A DNA stretch of 64,000 nt, from assembly GCA_045863335.1 (NCBI GenBank), contig BTVY01000012.1, forward strand, positions 1 to 64,000. The letters are read 5' to 3'. Source of the stretch: Candidatus Hydrogenedentota bacterium. Lineage in GTDB: Bacteria; Hydrogenedentota; Hydrogenedentia; Hydrogenedentales; SLHB01. Under the pieces are notes generated by a model. The model did not search any database, was not told the DNA's origin, and saw only the letters and a program-made list of their open reading frames with translations. The position numbers and the translations under genes were made by a program. Of this stretch, positions 39,442 to 47,939 are shown piece after piece. The stretch's first letter is position 1. Each line of letters begins with the position of its first letter.

Positions 39442-39473
39442 GCGGCGATTCCTGGTTCGGGGCAGACACAGTA

Positions 39474-39514
39474 ATCGGACGGATCAGACCGATGGGCCCG
39501 ATCCGTCCGATCGG
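39474..39514. repeat. 9-bp periodic, self-complementary repeat (ATCGGACGG ATCAGACCG ATGGGCCCG ATCCGTCCG)
   Basis: Visible; ATCGGACGGATC/GATCCGTCCGAT inverted arms; right after the pepF stop. Confidence 0.8.
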
Positions 39515-39516
39515 GG

Positions 39517-41322
39517 TTATACCAATTCTTCCAATTCGTCGACGAGCGTGGCGAACCGTTTCATGGCGGTGGCCACGGGTTCCGGTTGTTCCATATCGAC
39601 GCCCGCGTCGCGGAGCAATTCCAGGGGGAACTTCGAGCCGCCGCTTCCCAGGAAGTTGAGGTAGCGGTCGCGATCCTGTTTGCCGCCGTTGAGCACTTTC
39701 TGCGATAAGGCGATGGCCGCCGATATGCCGGTCGCGTACTTGTATACGTAGAAGGCGTGGTAGAAATGGGGAATCCGCAGGCCTTCCAGCGACAACTCCT
39801 CGTCGATCGCGAAGTCGGGTCCGAAATACAGCTTCAACAGTTTCAGATATTCCTCGCGCAGTCGCTCGAGAGTGAGCGGTTCGCCGACCTCGGCGATGGC
39901 GTGGATGACTTTCTCGAATTCCGCGAACATGGTCTGGCGCACGAGGGTGCCGCGGATCTCATCGATCTCCTTGTTGATAAGAAAGGCGCGCATCTTCTTG
40001 TCCTTCGCCTTGGACAGTAGATGCCGGTTCAAGAGTTGCTCGTTGAACGTCGACGCCACTTCGGCCACGAAAATCGTGTAGTCGTAGTATTGGAAGGGCT
40101 GATTGCGGGCGCTGTAGTACGTGTGCATCGAGTGGCCCGCTTCATGGGCGAGCGTAAACATGCTGTCGATGACGTCTTCGCGGTAGTTCATGAGGATGTA
40201 GGGCGGTCCGGCGAATCCACCCGCTGAGAAGGCGCCACTACGCTTGTTTTTGTTCTCATAGCGGTCCACCCATCGGCCGTTCAACAGGCCTTTCTCGAGC
40301 GTCCGGCAGTACTCCGATCCGAGCGGTTCGAGGGCTTCGCAAATGGTTTTGACCGCTTTGTCGTAGGGATTCTTCGTGCGCTTCATTTCCACGATGGGCA
40401 CGTAGGTATCGTAGGTGTGAAGGTCTTTGAGTTTGAGCGCCTTCCGCCGGACTTCATGGTACCGGTAGACCGTCTTGATGTTCTTGTGCACGGCCTTGAT
40501 GAGGCTGTCGTATACGGCGATGGGCACGTTGTCGTGAAAGAGCGACCCTTCCAGCGCGGACGGATAGTTGCGCACGCGGGACTGGTAGATATCCTGCTGA
40601 ACCGACGCGCTGAGCGTCGCCGCGACGGTGTTCGCGTGGGACTGGTATTGCTCGTAAAACTGGTGAAAGGCCGCCTTGCGGACTTCGCGCTTGGGCGACT
40701 CCAACAGGCTGCGGAAGGAACTCTGGGTCAGTTCTACCTTGCGGCCGCGCTCGTCCTTCACGGTGCCGAACTTGAGGTCGGCGTCGTTGAGCTGCCCGAA
40801 GACCCGGCCCGCCGTGCCGGCCACTTCGCCCTGCATGGCAAGGAGCCGCTCTTCCTTCTCGGACAAAATGTAGGGCCGGTAGCGCAAGAGCTTCTCCAAG
40901 GCGTACCGGAATTCTTTCAGCTTGGGATCTTTAAGGTACTTGTCGATCGTCTTTTTCGGAATCGCCTGGATCTCGGGGGCGATGAAGCTGGCCGCTTCGC
41001 TCGCGCGGGTCGCGACAAAGGTGTATTGCTGAATCATGCCTTGGTAGGTGCTGTTGGACACGTCTTCCGAGGCCTTGAGGAACGCGTACGAGCCCAGACG
41101 CTCGGCGAGCTTGTTGAACTCCACATCGAACTTATAACAGTCCAGCAACACCTTTGCGGAGGTGCCGAGCTTGCCGCGGAACTTCTCGAAGCGGGAAATC
41201 TGCTTCTCGAAATCTTTGAGCGCGGCCTGCCACGCCTTGTCGTCTTTGAAGAGATGCCGGAGGTCCCAGGTATCCGCAACCTTTACTTCTTTGCGCAAAG
41301 GGATCTTCTTCGTCGTTGCCAT
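39517..41322 (-). CDS. pepF: Oligoendopeptidase F (M3B)
   Basis: TWDL, KRSGAFS, TLAHEAGHSMH, AEVASTFNE, HFY, YVYKYATG. Confidence 0.95.
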   Translation of the reverse strand: MATTKKIPLRKEVKVADTWDLRHLFKDDKAWQAALKDFEKQISRFEKFRGKLGTSAKVLLDCYKFDVEFNKLAERLGSYAFLKASEDVSNSTYQGMIQQYTFVATRASEAASFIAPEIQAIPKKTIDKYLKDPKLKEFRYALEKLLRYRPYILSEKEERLLAMQGEVAGTAGRVFGQLNDADLKFGTVKDERGRKVELTQSSFRSLLESPKREVRKAAFHQFYEQYQSHANTVAATLSASVQQDIYQSRVRNYPSALEGSLFHDNVPIAVYDSLIKAVHKNIKTVYRYHEVRRKALKLKDLHTYDTYVPIVEMKRTKNPYDKAVKTICEALEPLGSEYCRTLEKGLLNGRWVDRYENKNKRSGAFSAGGFAGPPYILMNYREDVIDSMFTLAHEAGHSMHTYYSARNQPFQYYDYTIFVAEVASTFNEQLLNRHLLSKAKDKKMRAFLINKEIDEIRGTLVRQTMFAEFEKVIHAIAEVGEPLTLERLREEYLKLLKLYFGPDFAIDEELSLEGLRIPHFYHAFYVYKYATGISAAIALSQKVLNGGKQDRDRYLNFLGSGGSKFPLELLRDAGVDMEQPEPVATAMKRFATLVDELEELV

Positions 41323-41370
41323 GAAGGTACCTTTCTATAACGTTTCACGCCATGCAGAAGCGGCAGTATA

Positions 41371-42786
41371 TCAGGGAATCTCCGGTTCCAGCACGTGCAC
41401 GCCGAAACCGCGAATAGACAGGGTCAGCGTTCCGTGTTGCACGATGGTTTCTTGTTGTGTGAGCGGGTCGCGGTAGCTTGTGCCTTCCAGCGCGTCGAGT
41501 CCGTGGAGGGTGTAGACCAGCGGATCGCTCCACTCGTTCACGACCAGCAGATGGACCTTGTCACCGGACTGCTTGGGCAACACGCGGACGCCGCGATCGA
41601 CGGACCCCCAGGTCTCCGCCAAGGTGACGTCGATATCGAGATCGGCATCGGGCGCGGACAGGACGGGCTGTTGCGCGCTGAGTTCCGCGACGAGCGTGAG
41701 CAAGTCCGTCCAGAATCCGGAGTCTTTCTCAATGTACGCGGTGCCCCAATAGAGAATGCCGCGAGCGCCGTTGACGATGGCGTCGTAGGCCATGAACCGG
41801 GATTCCTCAAATGTGGGCCGGCGCAGCTCATCGCGTTTGGCCTGGTCATCCGTTTCGTCGGATATATCTGGCCACCCGAACCCTTGCAGGACCATCCAGA
41901 CCGGTTTGCCGGGCGCGGCCTCCTGCATGCGCTGCGTGTACGCGCCGACGCAGGAGAGCGACTTGTCGGCGAGGTCGGAGTGTCCGTTGTGGCGGCTTCG
42001 GGGAACCGGATAGATGTCGCACCCGACCGCGTCCGCGGCCCGATTGAACTCGGCGAGCTGCGCAATGCTGTTTCGCGGCGCATGGTTCATCCAGATAGGC
42101 CGTTCCGGGTCGATGGACTTGAGCACTCGGTACCCCTGCAACATCCCCGCGGCCATTTGTTCCGCGCGCTCGGGCGCGTTGGAGAGATTGAGGTCGGGAT
42201 TCGGCGGCGTTTTGTCGAGGCGACGCCAGATTTCGTCAGCGAGTTCCTCACCAACGCGAGGCTCCCCGCGTTCGAACGCGGCGTTCGCTTGATCGCGCAT
42301 GTCGCGCAACTCCGCCGCAAGGTCGGCGTTGTCCAGTTGGCTGATGAGGGCGTTCTGTTCGCGCGGCTCGTCACGGCGACGCCATAGCGTCGCGCCATAC
42401 CACACGTTCCACAACGCTTCGTCGGGGACCTCCCAAACCGCGAGCGCCGGGTGATGCGAGAAACCCGCGACCATTCGTTTCAACGCGGCTTCGCGCGATT
42501 CGGAATCGACGCTGAGATCGATGGATGCGCCGGTGTTGATCCACGCGTACATCTTCTTCGCCCACAACCGGTCGAGAGCGGCTTCGTCCGCGCTGGCGTG
42601 GATGAGATTGAAACCGGCCGCGGCCACCTGGTCCAGATTCTCATCCGGTGGATTCTCGTAAAGCCCGAGGACAAAGACGCGCTGTCCGTCGACCACCAGC
42701 ATTCCGTCTTCGGCAATTGCGGAGTCGGCGGCCCAGGCGCCTCCGGGGATTAGAAGTCCAGCGAGCACAAGGATGATATGTTTCAT
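41371..42786 (-). CDS. Secreted hypothetical protein, glycoside-hydrolase-like TIM barrel
   Basis: Signal peptide; LVVDGQRVFVLGLY, AAAGFN, WEVPDEA, DIYP, PVWMVLQ, GARGILYW. Confidence 0.6.
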   Translation of the reverse strand: MKHIILVLAGLLIPGGAWAADSAIAEDGMLVVDGQRVFVLGLYENPPDENLDQVAAAGFNLIHASADEAALDRLWAKKMYAWINTGASIDLSVDSESREAALKRMVAGFSHHPALAVWEVPDEALWNVWYGATLWRRRDEPREQNALISQLDNADLAAELRDMRDQANAAFERGEPRVGEELADEIWRRLDKTPPNPDLNLSNAPERAEQMAAGMLQGYRVLKSIDPERPIWMNHAPRNSIAQLAEFNRAADAVGCDIYPVPRSRHNGHSDLADKSLSCVGAYTQRMQEAAPGKPVWMVLQGFGWPDISDETDDQAKRDELRRPTFEESRFMAYDAIVNGARGILYWGTAYIEKDSGFWTDLLTLVAELSAQQPVLSAPDADLDIDVTLAETWGSVDRGVRVLPKQSGDKVHLLVVNEWSDPLVYTLHGLDALEGTSYRDPLTQQETIVQHGTLTLSIRGFGVHVLEPEIP

Positions 42787-42927
42787 TGTCAATACTCCCG
42801 GTGTTACTTCCCACGATCGCTTCATCGTAGATCATGCAGAGGGGAAGGGCAAGGCGCCGTTCGGTTTTGCGCGGCCCAGCGAAAGGACTATAATCGAACG
42901 GACACGGGCAAGAATGGGGGTTCAGAC

Positions 42928-43743
42928 ATGCTTCCAGGAATCAATCAGTGGGGATTTCCTAACGACCTTCCCACGACGGAGGCCATCACGCTGGCCAAAC
43001 AGATCGGGTTTTCGGCGTTCGAAGTCTGTGTGGGCGACGAGGGGCCGACTTCCTTGGATCTTAGCGAAAAGGAGGCCACGGCCATCCGGCGGCACGCGGA
43101 ATCGCTCGGCATCGCGCTATGCAGCGTGGCCAACGGGATGGGTTGGAAATACCACCTCACGTCGCCGGACGCCGCGAATCGGGAAAAGGCGAAGGAGACT
43201 ATCGCGCAGACGTTGCAGGTTGCTTCCTGGTTGGGCGCCGATGCGGTGTTGGTCGTTCCGGGCGTGTGCGACGATGCGACGCGATACGACATCGGGATTG
43301 AGAATGCGTTGAAGAGTGTTCGCGAACTGGCTGACGCCGCGGAGAAGCTGAAGGTCTCCATCGCTATTGAGAACGTGTGGAACAAGTTTCTGTTGAGTCC
43401 GGACGAAATGCGGGATTTTATCGATCAGTGTGAAAGCAAGTACGTGGGCGCGTATTTCGATACCGGCAACATCATGCTGTACGGACTTCCGGAGCAGTGG
43501 ATTGAGATCCTCGGCAATCGCATTCGCGCTGTCCATTTGAAGGATTTCCGCTGCGCCGTGGGCAATCTCGACGGTTTCGTCATGTTGATGGAAGGCGATG
43601 TGAATTGGCCCGCCGTAATGAGTGCGTTGCGGGGAATCGATTACGATCGCGCATTGACGGCGGAGTATTGGCCGTACAAACACTCGTTGGAGGCGACGTT
43701 GCGGCAGGTGTTGGCAGGACAACAGGCGATTCTGGCATTGTAG
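42928..43743 (+). CDS. Sugar phosphate isomerase/epimerase (xylose-isomerase-like TIM barrel)
   Basis: IENVWNKFL, YFDTGN, VHLKDF, GDVNW, TAE metal ligands. Confidence 0.88.
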   Translation: MLPGINQWGFPNDLPTTEAITLAKQIGFSAFEVCVGDEGPTSLDLSEKEATAIRRHAESLGIALCSVANGMGWKYHLTSPDAANREKAKETIAQTLQVASWLGADAVLVVPGVCDDATRYDIGIENALKSVRELADAAEKLKVSIAIENVWNKFLLSPDEMRDFIDQCESKYVGAYFDTGNIMLYGLPEQWIEILGNRIRAVHLKDFRCAVGNLDGFVMLMEGDVNWPAVMSALRGIDYDRALTAEYWPYKHSLEATLRQVLAGQQAILAL

Positions 43744-43827
43744 ACATTTCTATTCCTATCGCCATTGGGGTGCAAATGCAGTTCGGAATCCATTCGATGG
43801 ATTCCGGTTTTCGGGAGGAGTCGTCGT

Positions 43828-44808
43828 ATGAACGTAGCGTTAATCGGTTGCAGCGGCATGGGCGTGCACCATGCCGGGCATGCGACCAAGGCAGGTTTCA
43901 AGATTGTGGTTTGCGGCGATGCCATCAAGGGACGGGCGGAGGAACTGGCAAAAGAGTATGGCGCGGAGGCGACGACGGATTGTTTGTCTCTGTGCAAGCG
44001 GGACGATGTGGATGTGGTTGCGGTCCTGACGCCGACGCCATTCCATACGGAGTACGTGGTGGCCGCGGCAGAGGCCGGCAAGGACATCTTCTGCGAGAAA
44101 CCCTTTGGCCGGACGCTGGAGCAATGCAATATCGGTATCGCCGCGGCGGAGAAGGCCGGCGTCAAGTTGTTCGTCGGTCACGTGGTCCGCTATTTCCAGG
44201 AGTTCGAGACAATCAAGGCCCAGATCGATGCCGGCAAAGTCGGCAAGGTGGGATTCGTTCGCACGTACCGGGGCGGCATTTGTCCGGTGGGCGCGGGGAA
44301 CTGGTTCCGCGACTGGGACATGAGCGGCGGCGTGACGATGGACACCATCATCCACGACTTCGACTGGATCCGGTACGTGTTCGGCGATCCGGCGCAGGTG
44401 TTCAGTCAGAATTTGAAGGAACAGTTTGACAAGGCCATCGACTACGCCATGGTCACGTTCCGGATGAAGAGCGGAATCATCGTCAACACGATCGGCACCT
44501 GGGCGCATCCCGGAGGTTTTCGGGTGAAAGTGGAAGTGTGCGGCGACAACGGCATGCTGCAGTTCGACAGCAGCGAAGCGCCGTTGTCCGTGATGATGCG
44601 GGAGACGGCGTCCGGCATGCCAGGCATGATTGTGCCGGGCAGCCCGGTGGGTGTCAGCCCCTACGAACTGGAATGGCACGACTTCAAGAACTGGCTTGAT
44701 GGGAAAGGCCAGCCGCGCGTCACGCCGCAGGACGGCGTCTGGGCCGTGCGCATGGCGCTCGCGGCGTTGGAATCGGCGGACACGGGCAAACCCGTCGCGT
44801 TCAATTAG
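43828..44808 (+). CDS. Gfo/Idh/MocA oxidoreductase
   Basis: IGCSGMG, CEKP, GGVTMDTIIHDFD; GGAGGAG RBS. Confidence 0.92.
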   Translation: MNVALIGCSGMGVHHAGHATKAGFKIVVCGDAIKGRAEELAKEYGAEATTDCLSLCKRDDVDVVAVLTPTPFHTEYVVAAAEAGKDIFCEKPFGRTLEQCNIGIAAAEKAGVKLFVGHVVRYFQEFETIKAQIDAGKVGKVGFVRTYRGGICPVGAGNWFRDWDMSGGVTMDTIIHDFDWIRYVFGDPAQVFSQNLKEQFDKAIDYAMVTFRMKSGIIVNTIGTWAHPGGFRVKVEVCGDNGMLQFDSSEAPLSVMMRETASGMPGMIVPGSPVGVSPYELEWHDFKNWLDGKGQPRVTPQDGVWAVRMALAALESADTGKPVAFN

Positions 44809-44860
44809 ACGCGGGACTCGTTGCCGGCGGGTCGGGCCAAATCATGCGGAGGTTGGAACG

Positions 44861-45223
44861 ATGCAAATCCTTACCTACGTAATCGGCGGCGCAGCTGTAG
44901 TGCTTTTTGTTTGGATGTTGCGGCTGGCGTCGAAGGAGAATCTCATCCTCGCGCTGCTCGTGGGCGCGCTATGCACGATGTGCATCGGCTTCTATCCCGC
45001 GCTGCAGTTGTCCGGTTTCGGCGAGACCATTGCGGAAACTGTGCAAGGAGAAGAAGGGGTTGAAGTGGTCGCCGCGTCACCGGTGAGGAAGCCCCTATCC
45101 GTTGTCCTGTGGTTGATTCTGTTCGCGGTTCCGGGGCCGTTTCTGGCGGTGGCCGCGCAAGTGATCTTTCGATCGATCAAACGCGTCCGCTCGGCGGACG
45201 TTGATACGGGCAACACGCCCTGA
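44861..45223 (+). CDS. Small membrane protein (3 TM)
   Basis: GGAGG RBS; three hydrophobic segments; fills the gap between two oxidoreductases. Confidence 0.6.
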   Translation: MQILTYVIGGAAVVLFVWMLRLASKENLILALLVGALCTMCIGFYPALQLSGFGETIAETVQGEEGVEVVAASPVRKPLSVVLWLILFAVPGPFLAVAAQVIFRSIKRVRSADVDTGNTP

Positions 45224-45236
45224 AGGAGATGAAGTA

Positions 45237-46217
45237 ATGGCGAAGTTGGGGATCATGAGTTTCGCACACATGCATGCGTACAGCTACGCGGCAGCGATAA
45301 ACGAACTAGCGGAAGCGGAACTCTTCGCAATTTGGGACGATGATGCGGCCCGCGGCAAGGCGGCGGCGGATCAGTTCAAAGCGCCGTTCATGGCGAATAT
45401 GGATGCCTTCCTCGCCTCGGGTCTTGACGGGGTCATCATCTGTTCGGAAAACGTCAAGCACCGCGCCATGGTGGAAGCCGCTGCGAAAGCGGGCAAATGG
45501 ATTCTCTGTGAAAAGCCGCTTGCGACTACCATCGAAGACGCGCAGGCCATGATCGAAGTATGCAAGAAAGCGGGGGTCGGCCTGGGCACGGCGTTTCCGT
45601 GCCGGTACGTGGCGCCGCTCATGGCCGCCAAAGAAGACCTGGACAGCGGCCGGTTCGGGACCATCTATGCGGCCGCGTGCACCAACAACGGAAGCTTCCC
45701 CGGCGGGTGGTTCGCCGACGAGAAGCTTTCCGGCGGCGGCGCCACGATGGATCACACGGTCCACGTCGTAGACCTGTTGCGGTGGATGTTCGGGAAGGAA
45801 GTCACCAAGGTCTATTGCGAGAATGGTAACCTGATTCGCGAAGGCATCGGCACGGACGATGTCGGCAGCCTCCACTTCGAAATGGAAGGGGGCATCAAGG
45901 TATCCCACATCGCGAGTTGGAACCGCGCCAAGAGTTTCCCGACCTGGGGCGATGTGACCATGGAAATCATCGCCGAGAACGGCGTGCTCAATGTGGATGC
46001 TTTCAATCAGAAGGTAGACGTGTACAACGATACCGCCATGAAAGCCGAGTGGGTCTGCTGGGGCGACAATGCGGACCTGGGCCTGGTGCGCGACTTTGCG
46101 GCCGCCTGCGACGAAAAGCGCGATCCCGCCATCACGGGCTACGACGGCCTCAAGGCCGTGGAAGTCACCGTGGCCGCATATAAATCCGCCAAGTCGGGGG
46201 AAATGGTCTCCGTCTAG
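45237..46217 (+). CDS. Gfo/Idh/MocA oxidoreductase
   Basis: SFAHMHAYSY variant N-terminus, CEKP, GGGATMDHTVH; AAGGAG RBS. Confidence 0.92.
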   Translation: MAKLGIMSFAHMHAYSYAAAINELAEAELFAIWDDDAARGKAAADQFKAPFMANMDAFLASGLDGVIICSENVKHRAMVEAAAKAGKWILCEKPLATTIEDAQAMIEVCKKAGVGLGTAFPCRYVAPLMAAKEDLDSGRFGTIYAAACTNNGSFPGGWFADEKLSGGGATMDHTVHVVDLLRWMFGKEVTKVYCENGNLIREGIGTDDVGSLHFEMEGGIKVSHIASWNRAKSFPTWGDVTMEIIAENGVLNVDAFNQKVDVYNDTAMKAEWVCWGDNADLGLVRDFAAACDEKRDPAITGYDGLKAVEVTVAAYKSAKSGEMVSV

Positions 46218-46223
46218 AAACGA

Positions 46224-46325
46224 TTAGCCGCGAGAGAACGCAAAGAGCGCAAAAGAAGAGGAGGTAATTGCGGCTTCGCGACCTCCTCTCTTTTTTTCGC
46301 GTTCTTTGCGTTCTTTCGCGGCTAA
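46224..46325. repeat. Long palindrome with 9-nt periodic arms (copy 1, downstream of GxxExxY)
   Basis: TTAGCCGCGAGAGAACGCAAAGAGCGCAAAAGAAGAGGAGGT ... ACCTCCTCTCTTTTTTTCGCGTTCTTTGCGTTCTTTCGCGGCTAA. Confidence 0.92.
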
Positions 46326-46333
46326 ATTTCTTG

Positions 46334-46726
46334 CTAATCGAGTGGGGACTCGGTGGAACTCATGACGTATTTCTTGATCTGGAATTTGTAGCTACCGAAG
46401 TTGGTCAGCAGCCCGTGTTCGATCCTCGATGATTTGAGATAGCCCAGCAGTTGTGCGACGTGCTCGTCAGTGAGTTGTTTGCAGGCTTTGAGTTCGATGA
46501 TCAGCCGATCTTCCACAACGAGATCGGCAAAATACTCCCCCAGAACTGTTCCATCTTCATCAAATACGGTCAGAGGATGTTGCTGCCTTACGGTAAGACC
46601 TGCCTTCCGCAAGCGATGAAAGAGAGCATTCTCGTAGATCTTCTCGAGGTGTCCATTGCCATGATAGACATGAATCGCAAACGAAGTCTCACGGACAATA
46701 TCGCATAGCTCGTTGATGGTCTTCAT
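46334..46726 (-). CDS. GxxExxY protein (PD-(D/E)XK nuclease fold)
   Basis: GHLEKIY signature, ADLVVEDRLIIELK, QLLGYLK, GLLTNFG; GGAGGGG RBS; 130 aa. Confidence 0.93.
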   Translation of the reverse strand: MKTINELCDIVRETSFAIHVYHGNGHLEKIYENALFHRLRKAGLTVRQQHPLTVFDEDGTVLGEYFADLVVEDRLIIELKACKQLTDEHVAQLLGYLKSSRIEHGLLTNFGSYKFQIKKYVMSSTESPLD

Positions 46727-46763
46727 TCGTCTCCCCTCCTGTACTTGTCCTACATTCCTTCCA

Positions 46764-46866
46764 TTAGCCGCGAAAGAACGCAAAGAACACAAAAGAGGAG
46801 GAGGCGTACTGACACGATCTTCTCTTCTCTTGCGTCTTTTGCGTCTTTTGCGTTCTTTCGCGGCCA
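46764..46866. repeat. Long palindrome with 9-nt periodic arms (copy 2, upstream of GxxExxY)
   Basis: TTAGCCGCGAAAGAACGCAAAGAACACAAAAGAGG ... CTCTTGCGTCTTTTGCGTCTTTTGCGTTCTTTCGCGGCCA. Confidence 0.92.
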
Positions 46867-46873
46867 TTAATCG

Positions 46874-47710
46874 TTACGGCCATTCTTCGCGGCGGAAATG
46901 TTCGACGTAGCGGTCGCCGTCTTTCATGAGGCCCAGCGCCCATTGGCGGATGCCTTCGTAGGTCTCGTCGGACATGTCGGGCGTGTATTTGCTGAGGGAT
47001 GGTTCAAACTGGCTCACGTGGGCGGCGCTGGCTTTGACCTTCTTCTCAACGATATCCGTGATGTCCACCGTGTAGTTGGGCTCTTCCGTGTAGTAGTAGA
47101 AAGCAAGCGGAACGTGGTACGGCTTGAGTCCTTCGTCCAACAGATGCTGCGGATAATAGAGGTGCCACTCGCTGGCGATGAAGGCGTCCTTCGTGATGAA
47201 CGCGGCCATGCGGTGGTCGGTCTTGTGCCAGCGTTCGTGCGAGGTGCCGGGGTCGATGGTGAACACGGCGTCGGGCCGGTACTTCTTCATGAGCCGGCAG
47301 GCTTCGCCCCGGAGCACACGCGGGTCGGCGTATTCGAGGTCGCCATCTTCGTAGCCGAGCCAAATGATGTTCTCTTTGGGTATGCCGAGGATCTCACAGG
47401 CCGTTTCTTCTTCGGCGCGGCGGATTCTGGCTAAGCGTTCGCGGGTCATGTCCAGGTCGAGCGACCCCTTGTTGTCGTTCGTGTAGATGACCACGATGAC
47501 CTTGTTACCGTTCACCGCCAATATGGACATGATGCCGCCGCACAAGAAAGTGTCGTCGTCAGGATGGGGTGTGAAGACGAGGACCGTTTTCCCGGTCCAG
47601 GTCTCGATGCGACCTTCGGGTACGGCGGGATCTTCCTGCGCAGCGGCGATCGGAAGACCTGCAAGGCAGACGCAAACCAGGAGAATCGTGAAACTGGAAA
47701 GTCTCATCAT
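46874..47710 (-). CDS. Secreted PIG-L/LmbE family deacetylase
   Basis: Signal peptide; PHPDDD, RRAEE, DH, HVSQF; AAGGAG RBS. Confidence 0.85.
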   Translation of the reverse strand: MMRLSSFTILLVCVCLAGLPIAAAQEDPAVPEGRIETWTGKTVLVFTPHPDDDTFLCGGIMSILAVNGNKVIVVIYTNDNKGSLDLDMTRERLARIRRAEEETACEILGIPKENIIWLGYEDGDLEYADPRVLRGEACRLMKKYRPDAVFTIDPGTSHERWHKTDHRMAAFITKDAFIASEWHLYYPQHLLDEGLKPYHVPLAFYYYTEEPNYTVDITDIVEKKVKASAAHVSQFEPSLSKYTPDMSDETYEGIRQWALGLMKDGDRYVEHFRREEWP

Positions 47711-47939
47711 GGGGCACTCCTTTCTCATTGGACGCAAGAACGTTATGTAATCCGCGCCTCCGGTCACGCGATGCCGATCTGAGGCTCGGACCGGCGCCAG
47801 TCAACCTCTAAAAAGGCCTGACCGTTATCTTGTAACATGGCTGGCAGGGGGCGATATACTTAGAAGAGCGGTTTTTGTGCCGCGCTGTGACAGGCTGTGT
47901 CGTTCGTGTGAAGATTCGCATGGAAGAAGGAGTCGGATT

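Noticed and set aside
46727-46867. Arg/Lys-rich N-terminal extension of GxxExxY (KERKRRKRRKRR)
   Set aside because: It is the translation of the palindromic repeat; a good RBS precedes the ATG at 46726
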